NCBI GenBank assembly: GCA_049322915.1
Contig: JBMOPW010000006.1
Location: 1 to 27,398 of the forward strand
DNA length: 27,398 nucleotides
Source: Candidatus Zhuqueibacterota bacterium
GTDB taxonomy: Bacteria; Zhuqueibacterota; Zhuqueibacteria; Thermofontimicrobiales; Thermofontimicrobiaceae
Direction: 5' to 3'
Position 1 is the stretch's first letter; each line of letters starts with the position of its first letter. A program made the position numbers and the translations under genes. Below the pieces are notes generated by a model. The model had not been told where the DNA came from. It did not search any database and saw only the letters and a program-made list of their open reading frames with translations. Shown in pieces: positions 16,163 to 25,171 of the stretch.

Positions 16163-17713
16163 ATGAAAAGAATGATGTTCATGGTGGTAATTTTATGGAT
16201 GGCGTTCGCTTCCCTTGCGCAGCTCTCCGCGCAAACAGAATCCGATGTCATGAAATACGCGAACGTCGATGTGCTGGTGGCATTTTACACCAATACAGCC
16301 GGCGGTCAGATTTCAGGGTCAGACGTGCAGCGATTGAAAAACGGCATTGAACTGAGCCGTGAATTTTATTGGCGAAATTCCGGCTGCCGGCTCAATCTCA
16401 ATCTCTCCTACCTGGAATTGACAGAATTCAAACCGAAGAAATTTTTCCCGGAAGACGGTTTGCTCTGGCCGAAATACGTCGAAGACGATTTCAGAAATGC
16501 CGGCGTCGCGTCCGGCCAGTACGGCATTATTCTCCTCATTTATACGCCGCTCGAAGGCGGCGGCAACTACGGCGGCATGAAAATTCTGGGCGAGACAGGC
16601 TATTCATTCTTCCGCTTCCCGGGCAAATCGACAGTGCTCTACCCGGGGGAGAAATCCGATGTGGATTACAAAGCGACCTGGTTGTTCACCCATGAATTGC
16701 AGCATTCCCTCGATCTTGTCTGCTATCAGAACAGCGGCGCTGAAGCGATGTGGCATGGCGACCGGCCTCTGGATCATTCAATTCAGGCAGGGGAGCAATT
16801 CAGCTACCAGGCGGAAATATTGCGCCAGTTCAAGGATTATCTTCGCATCCGATCGCCGTGGGGGACGGTCGAAACGAGCGGTGATTTCGACCGCGATGGC
16901 ATTCCGGACCGGGACGCGCGGGTTCCACTGGATGAGGCTCGTTTTGGCAGCGACTCGACACGCAGCGATACCGACGCCGATGGCAGCGACGATCTGGCCG
17001 AGCTGATGGCTGGCATTTATTCCGGCAGCGATCCGAATAATCCCGACACCGACCGCGATGGACTCAGGGACAGTGCCGATGAGCATCCGCTCCATCCCAT
17101 TCACACCCGCATTCCGGAAATTACACCCTATCCCGACGGCGATTGGAGCACGTGGTTTCCGGTGTGCAACGCGCTGAGCTTCGCCTCTTCAAAATTCCTG
17201 ATGGGCAATCCGCTGCGGGTCGCATTCTACATGAATTGGGATCAGGATTACATTTACATTGGCTGCGAAATGAACGCGCCGGCCGAACTGCACCTTGATC
17301 TGGATATGCTGAATAACGGCTGGTGGCGCGGGGACGACAATTACCGATTGGCGGTGGACCCGTTTTCCCGGCGATTCAGCCAAATCCGCGTGATGGATGC
17401 ATCCGATAAAACGCGCGCCTATCGGGATTCTCTGGGCAACGGGCCCTATGAAATGTGGGACGACGATCTTCAGTACATCGGACGCTTCGGGAAAATTCTG
17501 GAAGAATCTACCGTTGAATTGATCACCCACGCCTCTGAGGAGAGTTTCACCATTAAAATGAAGATACCGAAAAATGAGCGCGTCGGATTCATTCCTCAAA
17601 AAAATAACAGGATTGGCATCCGCGCCTACTTCTCGGCGCCGGAAATGGGTTCGGTCGATTCCTGGGCCACTCTCTTCGACCAGTATGAATTTTTCGACAT
17701 AAGCCTTGAATGA
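16163..17713 (+). CDS. Secreted hypothetical protein with an HExxH motif, DxDxDG Ca2+-binding repeats and a possible CBM9/DOMON-like C-terminus
   Basis: Signal peptide from ATG 16163, FTHELQH, DFDRDGIPD / DTDADGSDD / DTDRDGLRD and YMNWDQDYIYIG. Confidence 0.7.
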   Translation: MKRMMFMVVILWMAFASLAQLSAQTESDVMKYANVDVLVAFYTNTAGGQISGSDVQRLKNGIELSREFYWRNSGCRLNLNLSYLELTEFKPKKFFPEDGLLWPKYVEDDFRNAGVASGQYGIILLIYTPLEGGGNYGGMKILGETGYSFFRFPGKSTVLYPGEKSDVDYKATWLFTHELQHSLDLVCYQNSGAEAMWHGDRPLDHSIQAGEQFSYQAEILRQFKDYLRIRSPWGTVETSGDFDRDGIPDRDARVPLDEARFGSDSTRSDTDADGSDDLAELMAGIYSGSDPNNPDTDRDGLRDSADEHPLHPIHTRIPEITPYPDGDWSTWFPVCNALSFASSKFLMGNPLRVAFYMNWDQDYIYIGCEMNAPAELHLDLDMLNNGWWRGDDNYRLAVDPFSRRFSQIRVMDASDKTRAYRDSLGNGPYEMWDDDLQYIGRFGKILEESTVELITHASEESFTIKMKIPKNERVGFIPQKNNRIGIRAYFSAPEMGSVDSWATLFDQYEFFDISLE

Positions 17714-18120
17714 GCCGGGACTCCCTCAAATCCGCGCTGTCGGACATCAGCCGCCAGCTCACCCGAGGCGATAAATTGTTGATCGGGTGCATCCTGGCCA
17801 TCGGCCTGCTCAGCCTGGTCGCGCTGAGATATCTGCAGCAGCCGGGAGCATGGCTCAAAATTGAAGTTTCGGGGCAGGTCGCGCACACTCTCCCGCTGGG
17901 CACAGATCAGCGGGTCAGCGTCGCCGGCCCCAGGGGCATTACGACGATACAGATTCAGGACAGAAAAGCCTGGGTCGTCTCATCGGCCTGCCCGGATAAA
18001 ATCTGCGTTCACCGCGGGAAAATTTCCCGCGCCGGGGACATGATCGTCTGCGTCCCCAATCGAGTTGTCCTTTTCATCCAAAGCACGCAAAAAGCGAACT
18101 TCGATGTCATCACCCAATAA
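17710..18120 (+). CDS. NusG domain II-containing (DUF1312/Lin0431-like) exported protein
   Basis: TRGD followed by a TM segment, GPRG.TTIQI, SACPDKICVHRGKIS..GD.IVC.PNRV. ATGA overlap with the upstream gene. Confidence 0.9.
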   Translation: MSRDSLKSALSDISRQLTRGDKLLIGCILAIGLLSLVALRYLQQPGAWLKIEVSGQVAHTLPLGTDQRVSVAGPRGITTIQIQDRKAWVVSSACPDKICVHRGKISRAGDMIVCVPNRVVLFIQSTQKANFDVITQ

Positions 18121-18637
18121 TCATACCCGGGACGCCGGCAACCTGAGACTCACTCACATTTCGCTGCTCGTTGGACTGGGACTCATCCTGTTCTTGTTCG
18201 AATCGCTCATTCCGCGGCCTCTGCCCTGGCTGAAGCCAGGCCTGGCGCACATCGCCACACTTCTGGCGCTATTTCTCATCGGGAACTGGGCGGCAGTCTG
18301 GGTTGTTGTCTTTCGCGTGATCATCGGTTCGCTGCTGCTGGGGTCGCTGTTCAATCCGGCATTTGCGCTGGCTTTGGGCGGCGGAACTGCTGCGGCCGGC
18401 ATCATGATTTTGAGCAAGCGCTATTTCTTCAATGCGTTCAGCATTTACGGGATCAGCATTCTGGGCGCGTTCATTCACAACATCGCCCAACTGGCGTTGG
18501 CCAATGTGCTCTTTGTGCGCCGCGTTGAAATTTTCTACCTTGTCCCGTTCATGGCGCTGACGTCGATCATCACCGGATTCATCGTCGCTTTTGCAGCTAA
18601 TTTAATCCTTGCCAAAGCGCATCTTTTTTCCAACTAA
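18104..18637 (+). CDS. Gx transporter family / heptaprenyl diphosphate synthase component I-like membrane protein
   Basis: LFESLIPRPLPWLKPGLA, FRVIIGSLL.G and GISILGAFIHNIAQL. This family is the usual partner of NusG-II proteins. Confidence 0.88.
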   Translation: MSSPNNHTRDAGNLRLTHISLLVGLGLILFLFESLIPRPLPWLKPGLAHIATLLALFLIGNWAAVWVVVFRVIIGSLLLGSLFNPAFALALGGGTAAAGIMILSKRYFFNAFSIYGISILGAFIHNIAQLALANVLFVRRVEIFYLVPFMALTSIITGFIVAFAANLILAKAHLFSN

Positions 18638-18652
18638 ACCATACACCAATCC

Positions 18653-20821
18653 ATGAAACCTTTCGCTCTCAGACCAATCGCTTTCGCTATCCTATTTTCT
18701 TTATCTCAGCTACAGCCCGGCGCTGCCCAGGAAAATTTTCCCACGTTCATCCGACAGGTTCAATTATGCAGCCAGGCGGACTACGACAGCATCCATTCCG
18801 TGAATTACAAAGGCCGATCCAAAACTTACGCCTATTTCGGCTATCGCCCGTTTGATATCAAAATTGTCCCGTTCCTGCATGAATACTATTTCGATGGCTA
18901 CTGGCAGAAGCCGGATTCAATCCGGCTGATTATCACTGCGGAGCGGAAGGTGAACCCGGATACCAGCAATATTGGCCTGGACAAAATGATCCCCCTTCCG
19001 AATCCGTTTCAATACCTGTACGATCCGTCCGCCTTTAATTTCAACGCAGCCGCAAAGGATTCCAATTCAGAGGGATTCTGGCCCCTGTATCCGTTCGCCG
19101 TCGGCGCTGATTCGATTTATTCCTACAAAAAAATCAATGAGATCGGTTTCGGAGAAAATACCATTTACACCATCGCGGTGACGTCAAAATACGAACACAT
19201 TCCGGCAGTGAACGGCACGTTTCAAATCGATGCCGGGAAGCATGTCGTCACCAGTTCCAATGTGATCTTCAACGAAGCCGCATCGTTCACCAATCCGCGG
19301 CTCGAGCGGGACAAAAATCGAATGACGCTGAGCCTCAGCGGATCGGAAAACCACACCGTGAAAACGGAGAAGGCATTGGTATACGGCTCGTATTGGCTGC
19401 CCCGAATCATCGAAGAAGAATTTGAAATCCATTTTTTAGGCATGAAGGTGAACGTCTACCGCATCATTGAATTCGAGTCGTACCTCATAAATCCGGACAC
19501 TGACCGCGACGAAATTGCAGCGCTCCCCAAAATCTCCTACCGCACAGATCCGGCCCTGCAGGAAAAATTATCAGCGCAATCGCCTCTGCCCAATGCATTG
19601 TCGAAGCAGGAGAAAGACCAAATCATTCGGGCCATCGAGGATAAATTTCATTCCATCGAATTGTATGCGGATTTGCTCGAATCCGAGGTTATCGCCAGCG
19701 AGGCCGCCCGGATCGGGCTGAAACAGCGGATGGGGGTCTACTGGAACCTGGCACAACGATTGGGTCAATTGGTGGTGTTCAATCGTGTCGAGGGATTGCG
19801 ATTGAATTACGGGGTCAATGTATCGAATGTGGTCGCGCCGAATTCAGTCGTCAGTTTGCACGCCGGCTATGGTTTTGGCGATGAACGCTGGAAGCTAACG
19901 GCGGGATTCCTCTGCCATCTGGACAAAAACAGGAAAGCATTCCTGGAGACCAATGCCTACCATACCATTGGTTTTGAGGAGGATCGTTCGCTCATCACGA
20001 CCGGGAAAAACACATTCACGAGCGCGCTATACAAAGGCGATTACCGGGATTACTTTTATAAAGACGGCGGCGACATCGGTTTCGGTTATCGGTTCACCGA
20101 CAATGTCGCTATCAAGCTGATGTATCGCAGCCAGTTGGAGAAGACAGGATTCAATAATACCACTTTCAGCCTGTTCAAACATGACGAGCCATTCCGTCCT
20201 AATCCGGAGATCGTTCAGGGGATGTTCCGGGGATTCGTGGCAACGGCGCTGGTGAAGCGTTATCATTTCAATATGGAATGTCAGGTGGAGTACACGGACA
20301 ATCGCTTTTTGCACAGCGATTTCAGCTACGCCTTTTTGAAATTCAGAATGAATCGAACGTTCAATAGCTGGTACCAGGATAAGATTAACATTCATTTTTT
20401 CCGAGCCGAGGCAATAGGGAAACTCAGTCCCCAGCGCTGGTTCGATTTCGGTGGGAACACTTTTCTCAGCGACGGTGGGAATTTGCGCAGTCTGGATTAT
20501 AAAAAATTCACCGGGGATCGCGTTGCCTGCGGCGTTGCGGAGTATGTTCTGTACGGCAGTTCACTGGTCGACATGGGCTGGCATATTCGTTATCTCAAAG
20601 CGTTCAAACTCACTCCCTGGACTGGACTTGGCTGGAGCGAACTGACCAGCCGCAGCCGGGAATTTGCCGGAGCCATCGTAGCTCAGGCCAGGACAACGGA
20701 CGGCCTGTTCACAGAAGTGGGGCTTGGCATCAGCGATCGGTTCAACATGCTGCGGTTCGATGTGATGTGGAATTCGATCTCCGGCAATAAAATCCTGTTT
20801 AGCCTGAATGCGCTCAGGTAA
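18653..20821 (+). CDS. DUF5686-like outer-membrane protein
   Basis: Signal peptide, YWLP..I, FNRVEGLRL, GYGF.DERWK, DYRDYF.KDG, and alternating aromatic beta-strand pattern to the C-terminus. Confidence 0.65.
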   Translation: MKPFALRPIAFAILFSLSQLQPGAAQENFPTFIRQVQLCSQADYDSIHSVNYKGRSKTYAYFGYRPFDIKIVPFLHEYYFDGYWQKPDSIRLIITAERKVNPDTSNIGLDKMIPLPNPFQYLYDPSAFNFNAAAKDSNSEGFWPLYPFAVGADSIYSYKKINEIGFGENTIYTIAVTSKYEHIPAVNGTFQIDAGKHVVTSSNVIFNEAASFTNPRLERDKNRMTLSLSGSENHTVKTEKALVYGSYWLPRIIEEEFEIHFLGMKVNVYRIIEFESYLINPDTDRDEIAALPKISYRTDPALQEKLSAQSPLPNALSKQEKDQIIRAIEDKFHSIELYADLLESEVIASEAARIGLKQRMGVYWNLAQRLGQLVVFNRVEGLRLNYGVNVSNVVAPNSVVSLHAGYGFGDERWKLTAGFLCHLDKNRKAFLETNAYHTIGFEEDRSLITTGKNTFTSALYKGDYRDYFYKDGGDIGFGYRFTDNVAIKLMYRSQLEKTGFNNTTFSLFKHDEPFRPNPEIVQGMFRGFVATALVKRYHFNMECQVEYTDNRFLHSDFSYAFLKFRMNRTFNSWYQDKINIHFFRAEAIGKLSPQRWFDFGGNTFLSDGGNLRSLDYKKFTGDRVACGVAEYVLYGSSLVDMGWHIRYLKAFKLTPWTGLGWSELTSRSREFAGAIVAQARTTDGLFTEVGLGISDRFNMLRFDVMWNSISGNKILFSLNALR

Positions 20822-20917
20822 CGGGCTGCCCCCAATTCAGAGGCGAGGGAATTCCGGACACATCCGAATACCGTTTTGTCCCGATCCGGTCGGCGCTTGA
20901 GTCAGCGCCCCGGCGAA

Positions 20918-22423
20918 TTATTCCTCGTGAAAAATATCCGCCGAGAAAATTTTGATGCGCGTCCCTTCTTTCTGCCAGGCATTGGATGATAAACCGGCTT
21001 TCTGGCAGGTATGATCCAGAAAAGTCTCCCGATTCCAGCCATACTCCGTGGCAACCTGCGGCAAAAGCAATCCACTATGGCTGCCCCGTTCAATGATGAT
21101 CCCGTGTTTGCCGATTTCGATCTCCTGAATGTCAGTGATTTCACGAATGGGCGTGAGGACTGAAATTTCAATTTCCAATTGCGCCACTTCATTTTTTGTC
21201 ACGGACGGGAATCTCGGATCGCGAAACGCCGCTGCCTGGGCCATCTCCATGATGGTCTCGTCCAGAGGTAACACCGCGGAGACATACCCGATACATCCCC
21301 GAAGCATGCCTTTTTTCGTGAGCGTGACAAACGCTCCTCGTTTCTCTTTGAGGACAGGAAACGCATGTTTCAGCTTCGGCAGTTTCTTTCTGTCGACGGC
21401 CTTTTCGATGGTCTGCCGCGCGAGCATTAGCAGATACTGTTTCTCCGCTTCGGTCAATCCGCTCTCGACGCCGATGTGCTCCTCCTTCATATTTTCATCC
21501 GCTTTGTAAATTGCCACAGCGCCATAGCCAACGACGTAATCATTCCGATTGCCGGTCACGTCGCCGGAATTGGTTTGAAACACGAGAGTCGCTTTATCCG
21601 CGTCCAATTTCATGGCGACCATCTCCGCGACAAGGATGCCGCCGGCGCCGCAGGCCATGGCATCTTCGTGCTGAAATGCCTGGTACAGTTTTTTCGGATT
21701 CAGTTCCACGACCGTTTCCAGCGTCCGGGTGTCAGTTTGAACGCACTCGTCATAGCTGTAACCGTGATACAAATCGCTGCTGGCGACGATCAGTACGTTT
21801 TTATCCTTCACCGCATGCGCAATGGCATCGGCCAGTCGCGTGCAATTTTCCCAGGAATGATCCCAGAACACGATGGGCACAATTTTCAAATCCGGAATTG
21901 CCAATTGCAAAAATGGCAGTTGAATTTCCAGCGAGTGCTCGTCGCGATGGCCTTCCCAGCTAAACCGGATTTGATCCGATTGCGCGATGAGCGAATCAGC
22001 GATTTCTTTGGCCACCGGAACAATTCCCAGCGGTGTTTCATAGCCATTTTTATTGAAAACCGAAACGCCATGAAATGCTTCACGATGGCTGGGGGCTATC
22101 ACGATGACAGCATCGTAGTGATTGCCCATCACCTGTTTATAGGCATGACCGGCCACCGCTCCGGAATAGGCATACCCGGCGTGCGGAGAAATCAGGGCGA
22201 AAATCTGCCCATGAATATCCGCTTTTTTCGCATTCTCCAGAAAGGAAGTGATTTCCTTTCGGAGCTTTTCCGGATTGGATGAATACCACGTACCGGCCAC
22301 AACAGCTTTTCTGATTTCCTGCGGGTCCATAGCGTTCTTTTCAACCTCCTTTTTAGGTTGAGCATTACAATTTGTAAAAAGAAGAAAAAGCAAAAGGTCG
22401 AAGACTGCCAATTTGAATAACAT
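20918..22423 (-). CDS. amrB: AmmeMemoRadiSam system protein B (Memo) and protein A (AMMECR1) fusion
   Basis: Memo part: R.AVVAGTWY, ISPHAGYAYSG, EHSLEIQLPFLQ, VASSDLYH. AMMECR1 part: GAFVTL, LRGCIG, DPRFP, GLLLPQVA, KAGL. Start at 22423 (signal-like peptide) or 22330. Confidence 0.93.
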   Translation of the reverse strand: MLFKLAVFDLLLFLLFTNCNAQPKKEVEKNAMDPQEIRKAVVAGTWYSSNPEKLRKEITSFLENAKKADIHGQIFALISPHAGYAYSGAVAGHAYKQVMGNHYDAVIVIAPSHREAFHGVSVFNKNGYETPLGIVPVAKEIADSLIAQSDQIRFSWEGHRDEHSLEIQLPFLQLAIPDLKIVPIVFWDHSWENCTRLADAIAHAVKDKNVLIVASSDLYHGYSYDECVQTDTRTLETVVELNPKKLYQAFQHEDAMACGAGGILVAEMVAMKLDADKATLVFQTNSGDVTGNRNDYVVGYGAVAIYKADENMKEEHIGVESGLTEAEKQYLLMLARQTIEKAVDRKKLPKLKHAFPVLKEKRGAFVTLTKKGMLRGCIGYVSAVLPLDETIMEMAQAAAFRDPRFPSVTKNEVAQLEIEISVLTPIREITDIQEIEIGKHGIIIERGSHSGLLLPQVATEYGWNRETFLDHTCQKAGLSSNAWQKEGTRIKIFSADIFHEE

Positions 22424-22485
22424 ATTCCCGAAGCTCCTGATTTGATTCAAACATGAACTCAGGTGCGAAATAAAATCGACGTAGC

Positions 22486-23622
22486 TTATTGCCACACCCC
22501 GGCGATCGCCTCGCCGCATTTGCTGCAATGGTTCACCTGCGCCAATGAATTCTGAACAACGGTGTAGCCCATTCGCCGGATCAGCAGTGCCTGACAATGG
22601 GGGCAGTAGGTGTTTTCACCGGTATTGCCCGGCACATTGCCAATATAAGCATAATGCAGGCCAGAATCAAGCGCAATTTCCCTCGCCGTGGTCAGCGTTT
22701 CCACGGGCGTCGGCGGCAGATTCTTGAGTCGATACTGGGGATAAAAACGGGAGAAGTGAATCGGCACATCCGGCCCCAATTCCTTGTTGATCCACTGACA
22801 CATGTGCCGCAGCTCCTGGGTGCCGTCGTTCAAAGTCGGGATGATGAGATAGACAATTTCAAGCCACACGCCCGACTGCTTCACCAGGACCAGCGTATCC
22901 AGCACCGGTTGCAGATGACCGTTGACCATTTTCTGGTAAAAATCCTCGGTGAACGACTTGAGATCAATCTTAACAGCGTCGAGCACCGTGCACAGATCCT
23001 TCATGGGCTCGGGTTTGATGTAACCATTGCTGATCATCACGCTCTTTATTTTTTTCACGTGACCCGCTTTTGCGCTATCGAACATGTACTCCGAAAAAAT
23101 GACCGGCTCGGTATAGGTGTAGGCAATGGAGGCGCAGCGGTGTTTGCCGGCGGTCTCGGCGACGCGGGTCGGCGGCATGTCCATGCTCGGTACCTGATCC
23201 GGCCGCGCCTGGGAAATCTGCCAGTTCTGGCAAAATTTGCACAGCACATTGCAGCCAACAGTGGCAATGGAAAAGGCGTCGGTCCCGGGCAGAAAATGAA
23301 ACAATGGCTTTTTCTCGATGGGGTCAATATTGGCCGTGCACGGCTTCCCGTAGACCAGTGTGTAATAGACGCCCCCGTGATTTTCCCGAACGCCGCAATA
23401 GCCGGTTTCCATGTCATCGATCACGCATTCCCGGGGACAAAGCTGACAGCGAATTTTTCGATTGGGCAATTTTTCATAGTAGCGAGCTTCGTGCAGATTC
23501 GGGGGTTGTTGGCGATTCGCGTTCATCGCCAATAACGGCGCGCCGGCTAACGCGCATGCCCCACAGGCGCACGCGCTCGCGGTTAAAAAATCCCGGCGCG
23601 ATATGTCGTTACGACGTGCCAT
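22486..23622 (-). CDS. amrS: AmmeMemoRadiSam system radical SAM enzyme with a twin-arginine signal peptide
   Basis: CQLCPREC..CGVR, DPIEKKPLFHF.PG, radical SAM motif CNVLCKFC(QNW), IAYTYTEP, HFSRFYP and C-terminal CPHC/CSKC. N-terminus is SRRDFL plus a hydrophobic stretch. Confidence 0.95.
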   Translation of the reverse strand: MARRNDISRRDFLTASACACGACALAGAPLLAMNANRQQPPNLHEARYYEKLPNRKIRCQLCPRECVIDDMETGYCGVRENHGGVYYTLVYGKPCTANIDPIEKKPLFHFLPGTDAFSIATVGCNVLCKFCQNWQISQARPDQVPSMDMPPTRVAETAGKHRCASIAYTYTEPVIFSEYMFDSAKAGHVKKIKSVMISNGYIKPEPMKDLCTVLDAVKIDLKSFTEDFYQKMVNGHLQPVLDTLVLVKQSGVWLEIVYLIIPTLNDGTQELRHMCQWINKELGPDVPIHFSRFYPQYRLKNLPPTPVETLTTAREIALDSGLHYAYIGNVPGNTGENTYCPHCQALLIRRMGYTVVQNSLAQVNHCSKCGEAIAGVWQ

Positions 23623-23624
23623 GT

Positions 23625-24626
23625 TCAAACCTGTACAATTTGAATTGCGTTCAAATCATTCACGCCGAGCCGATGTCGGGCATCGGCTGCCGTGGCAATA
23701 TAGGTCGGCTCACGACCGGCCTCTTTCAGCGAAGACATGCCTTTTTCCCGCCGTTTCTTCTCGATGATGTCCCAGGCCACGCTGTCCAGCGCCACCATGT
23801 CCCGGCCAACGAGCAGGCCATTGAACGGCCAGGCCCACTGCGGCATGAAAGGCGGGCCTCCCTCGTATTGTGCGGTCAGCGCATCGGTGATGGTGATCCG
23901 CGTCTTTGATCGAATGGCTGGCAGCATGTTGACGTCGGCGATGAATGGATCGCCGCGATTGTCGTGGTACTTGTTGGGATTATGAATGGCGCCGAAAAAA
24001 TTTTTCATCGCATTGGTGACGCCAACGATGCCATGATCTTTCATCACCGGCACGTTGATGATGGCGCTGCAATAGCGCAGCACGATATTGCTGATACAAC
24101 TCCCCACTTCGCCAAATTCGAAGACCTCGTCGCTGTAGCCGGCAAGGTCGCTGCCAAAGCATCTCACCCCGTCGCCATTCGGCCGAATGGCAAATCCGGC
24201 CTTCTCCAGATCGCGATTGGAACGATCCCAGATGATGATGTTTCGCCCTGGCACACCGGCGCGTTGCAAACCTGCAATGATTGCGTCTACCAGTTCCGGC
24301 GACGACGAAATGCCGCGGCCGGCAAGACAATTCACTTTGATTCCCACCACGTCTTTCTTCGACACCACTTTCTGCCAGGCTTGTTCCGAATCCGATACCT
24401 GAAAATAGCGCTTCATGGCTACATCCAGCAGCGCGCTGACCTGAGCAGGAATCAACCAGCCGCCGGCATCCCGGACGGAATCGCGCCGTGCGATCACAAC
24501 TGTCGACACACCCGCTGTCCCGACGACTGGTCGATTCTTCGCCGATGCCGGAAAATCCCGAAGGAATCCTAAGGAAAGCGCTCCCAGAGTCTGCACGGTT
24601 CGTTGGAGAAATGTACGTCGCTTCAT
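23625..24626 (-). CDS. DUF362 domain protein with a twin-arginine signal peptide
   Basis: GGGAG RBS then MKRRTFL...ASA, VGIKVN, INVPVMKDH..GVT.AMKN.FG and D.VALD. Confidence 0.88.
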   Translation of the reverse strand: MKRRTFLQRTVQTLGALSLGFLRDFPASAKNRPVVGTAGVSTVVIARRDSVRDAGGWLIPAQVSALLDVAMKRYFQVSDSEQAWQKVVSKKDVVGIKVNCLAGRGISSSPELVDAIIAGLQRAGVPGRNIIIWDRSNRDLEKAGFAIRPNGDGVRCFGSDLAGYSDEVFEFGEVGSCISNIVLRYCSAIINVPVMKDHGIVGVTNAMKNFFGAIHNPNKYHDNRGDPFIADVNMLPAIRSKTRITITDALTAQYEGGPPFMPQWAWPFNGLLVGRDMVALDSVAWDIIEKKRREKGMSSLKEAGREPTYIATAADARHRLGVNDLNAIQIVQV

Positions 24627-24676
24627 AATCTCCCTTCGGATAGGTGAATTCATACGAGGTTCAAAGGTGCACATTA

Positions 24677-24705
24677 AGTATATCAATTTTGGAGTTTACT
24701 GTCAA
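24677..24705 (-). promoter_or_regulatory. Sigma-70 promoter of the DUF362-amrS-amrBA operon
   Basis: TTGACA-17 nt-TATACT with an extended -10 TG, 50 nt upstream of ATG 24626. Confidence 0.75.
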
Positions 24706-24849
24706 GAGAAATTTTCGACTTTTCTTGTAGCCGCGCCCTGGCCTACAGTCCATCTTTATCCGCCATTCATCCAACTCATTGACCCTGCCTTAAATTGTTA
24801 CTATAATTTAACTGAAGAAAGTCCACTTTCAGCCTGGGAGCGCATGTGT

Positions 24850-24866
24850 CTGGCTAAAAATTTGCA
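24850..24866 (+). promoter_or_regulatory. Candidate sigma-54 (-24/-12) promoter upstream of the large secreted protein
   Basis: CTGGCTAAAAATTTGCA has the correct GG-N10-GC spacing and TTGCA, but TA replaces the consensus AC. Confidence 0.35.
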
Positions 24867-25171
24867 CATTCAGCCATAATTTCAAATTGTTAGAGAGTAA
24901 AAACGGCTTAACAATAAGAATATCAATATTAATCTGCCGGGCATAGTGTATTTTTATTATACACAGTATCAAGAAAAAACAATGCAGCGACATGACCGGC
25001 CTAATTCACTTTCTATTAAAGTTTTTGTAATATTTTCCGATATTTTAAGTTGATAAAGTTTATAAAGTTGAATCGAACAAACCGAACCTGAGCAGCAAGA
25101 ATTACCTGCACACAATAATCAAGAATCGTGCGTAGGTTCAGAACCCGCTTCGAAACAGAAAGGAAAATTGC

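Noticed and set aside
22424..22597. Longer start for the AmrB-A fusion
   Set aside because: Overlaps the amrS 3' end by over 100 nt and does not look protein-like; better RBS-supported starts lie downstream.
22597..23535. 312-aa plus-strand ORF
   Set aside because: Antisense shadow of amrS with no motifs or RBS.
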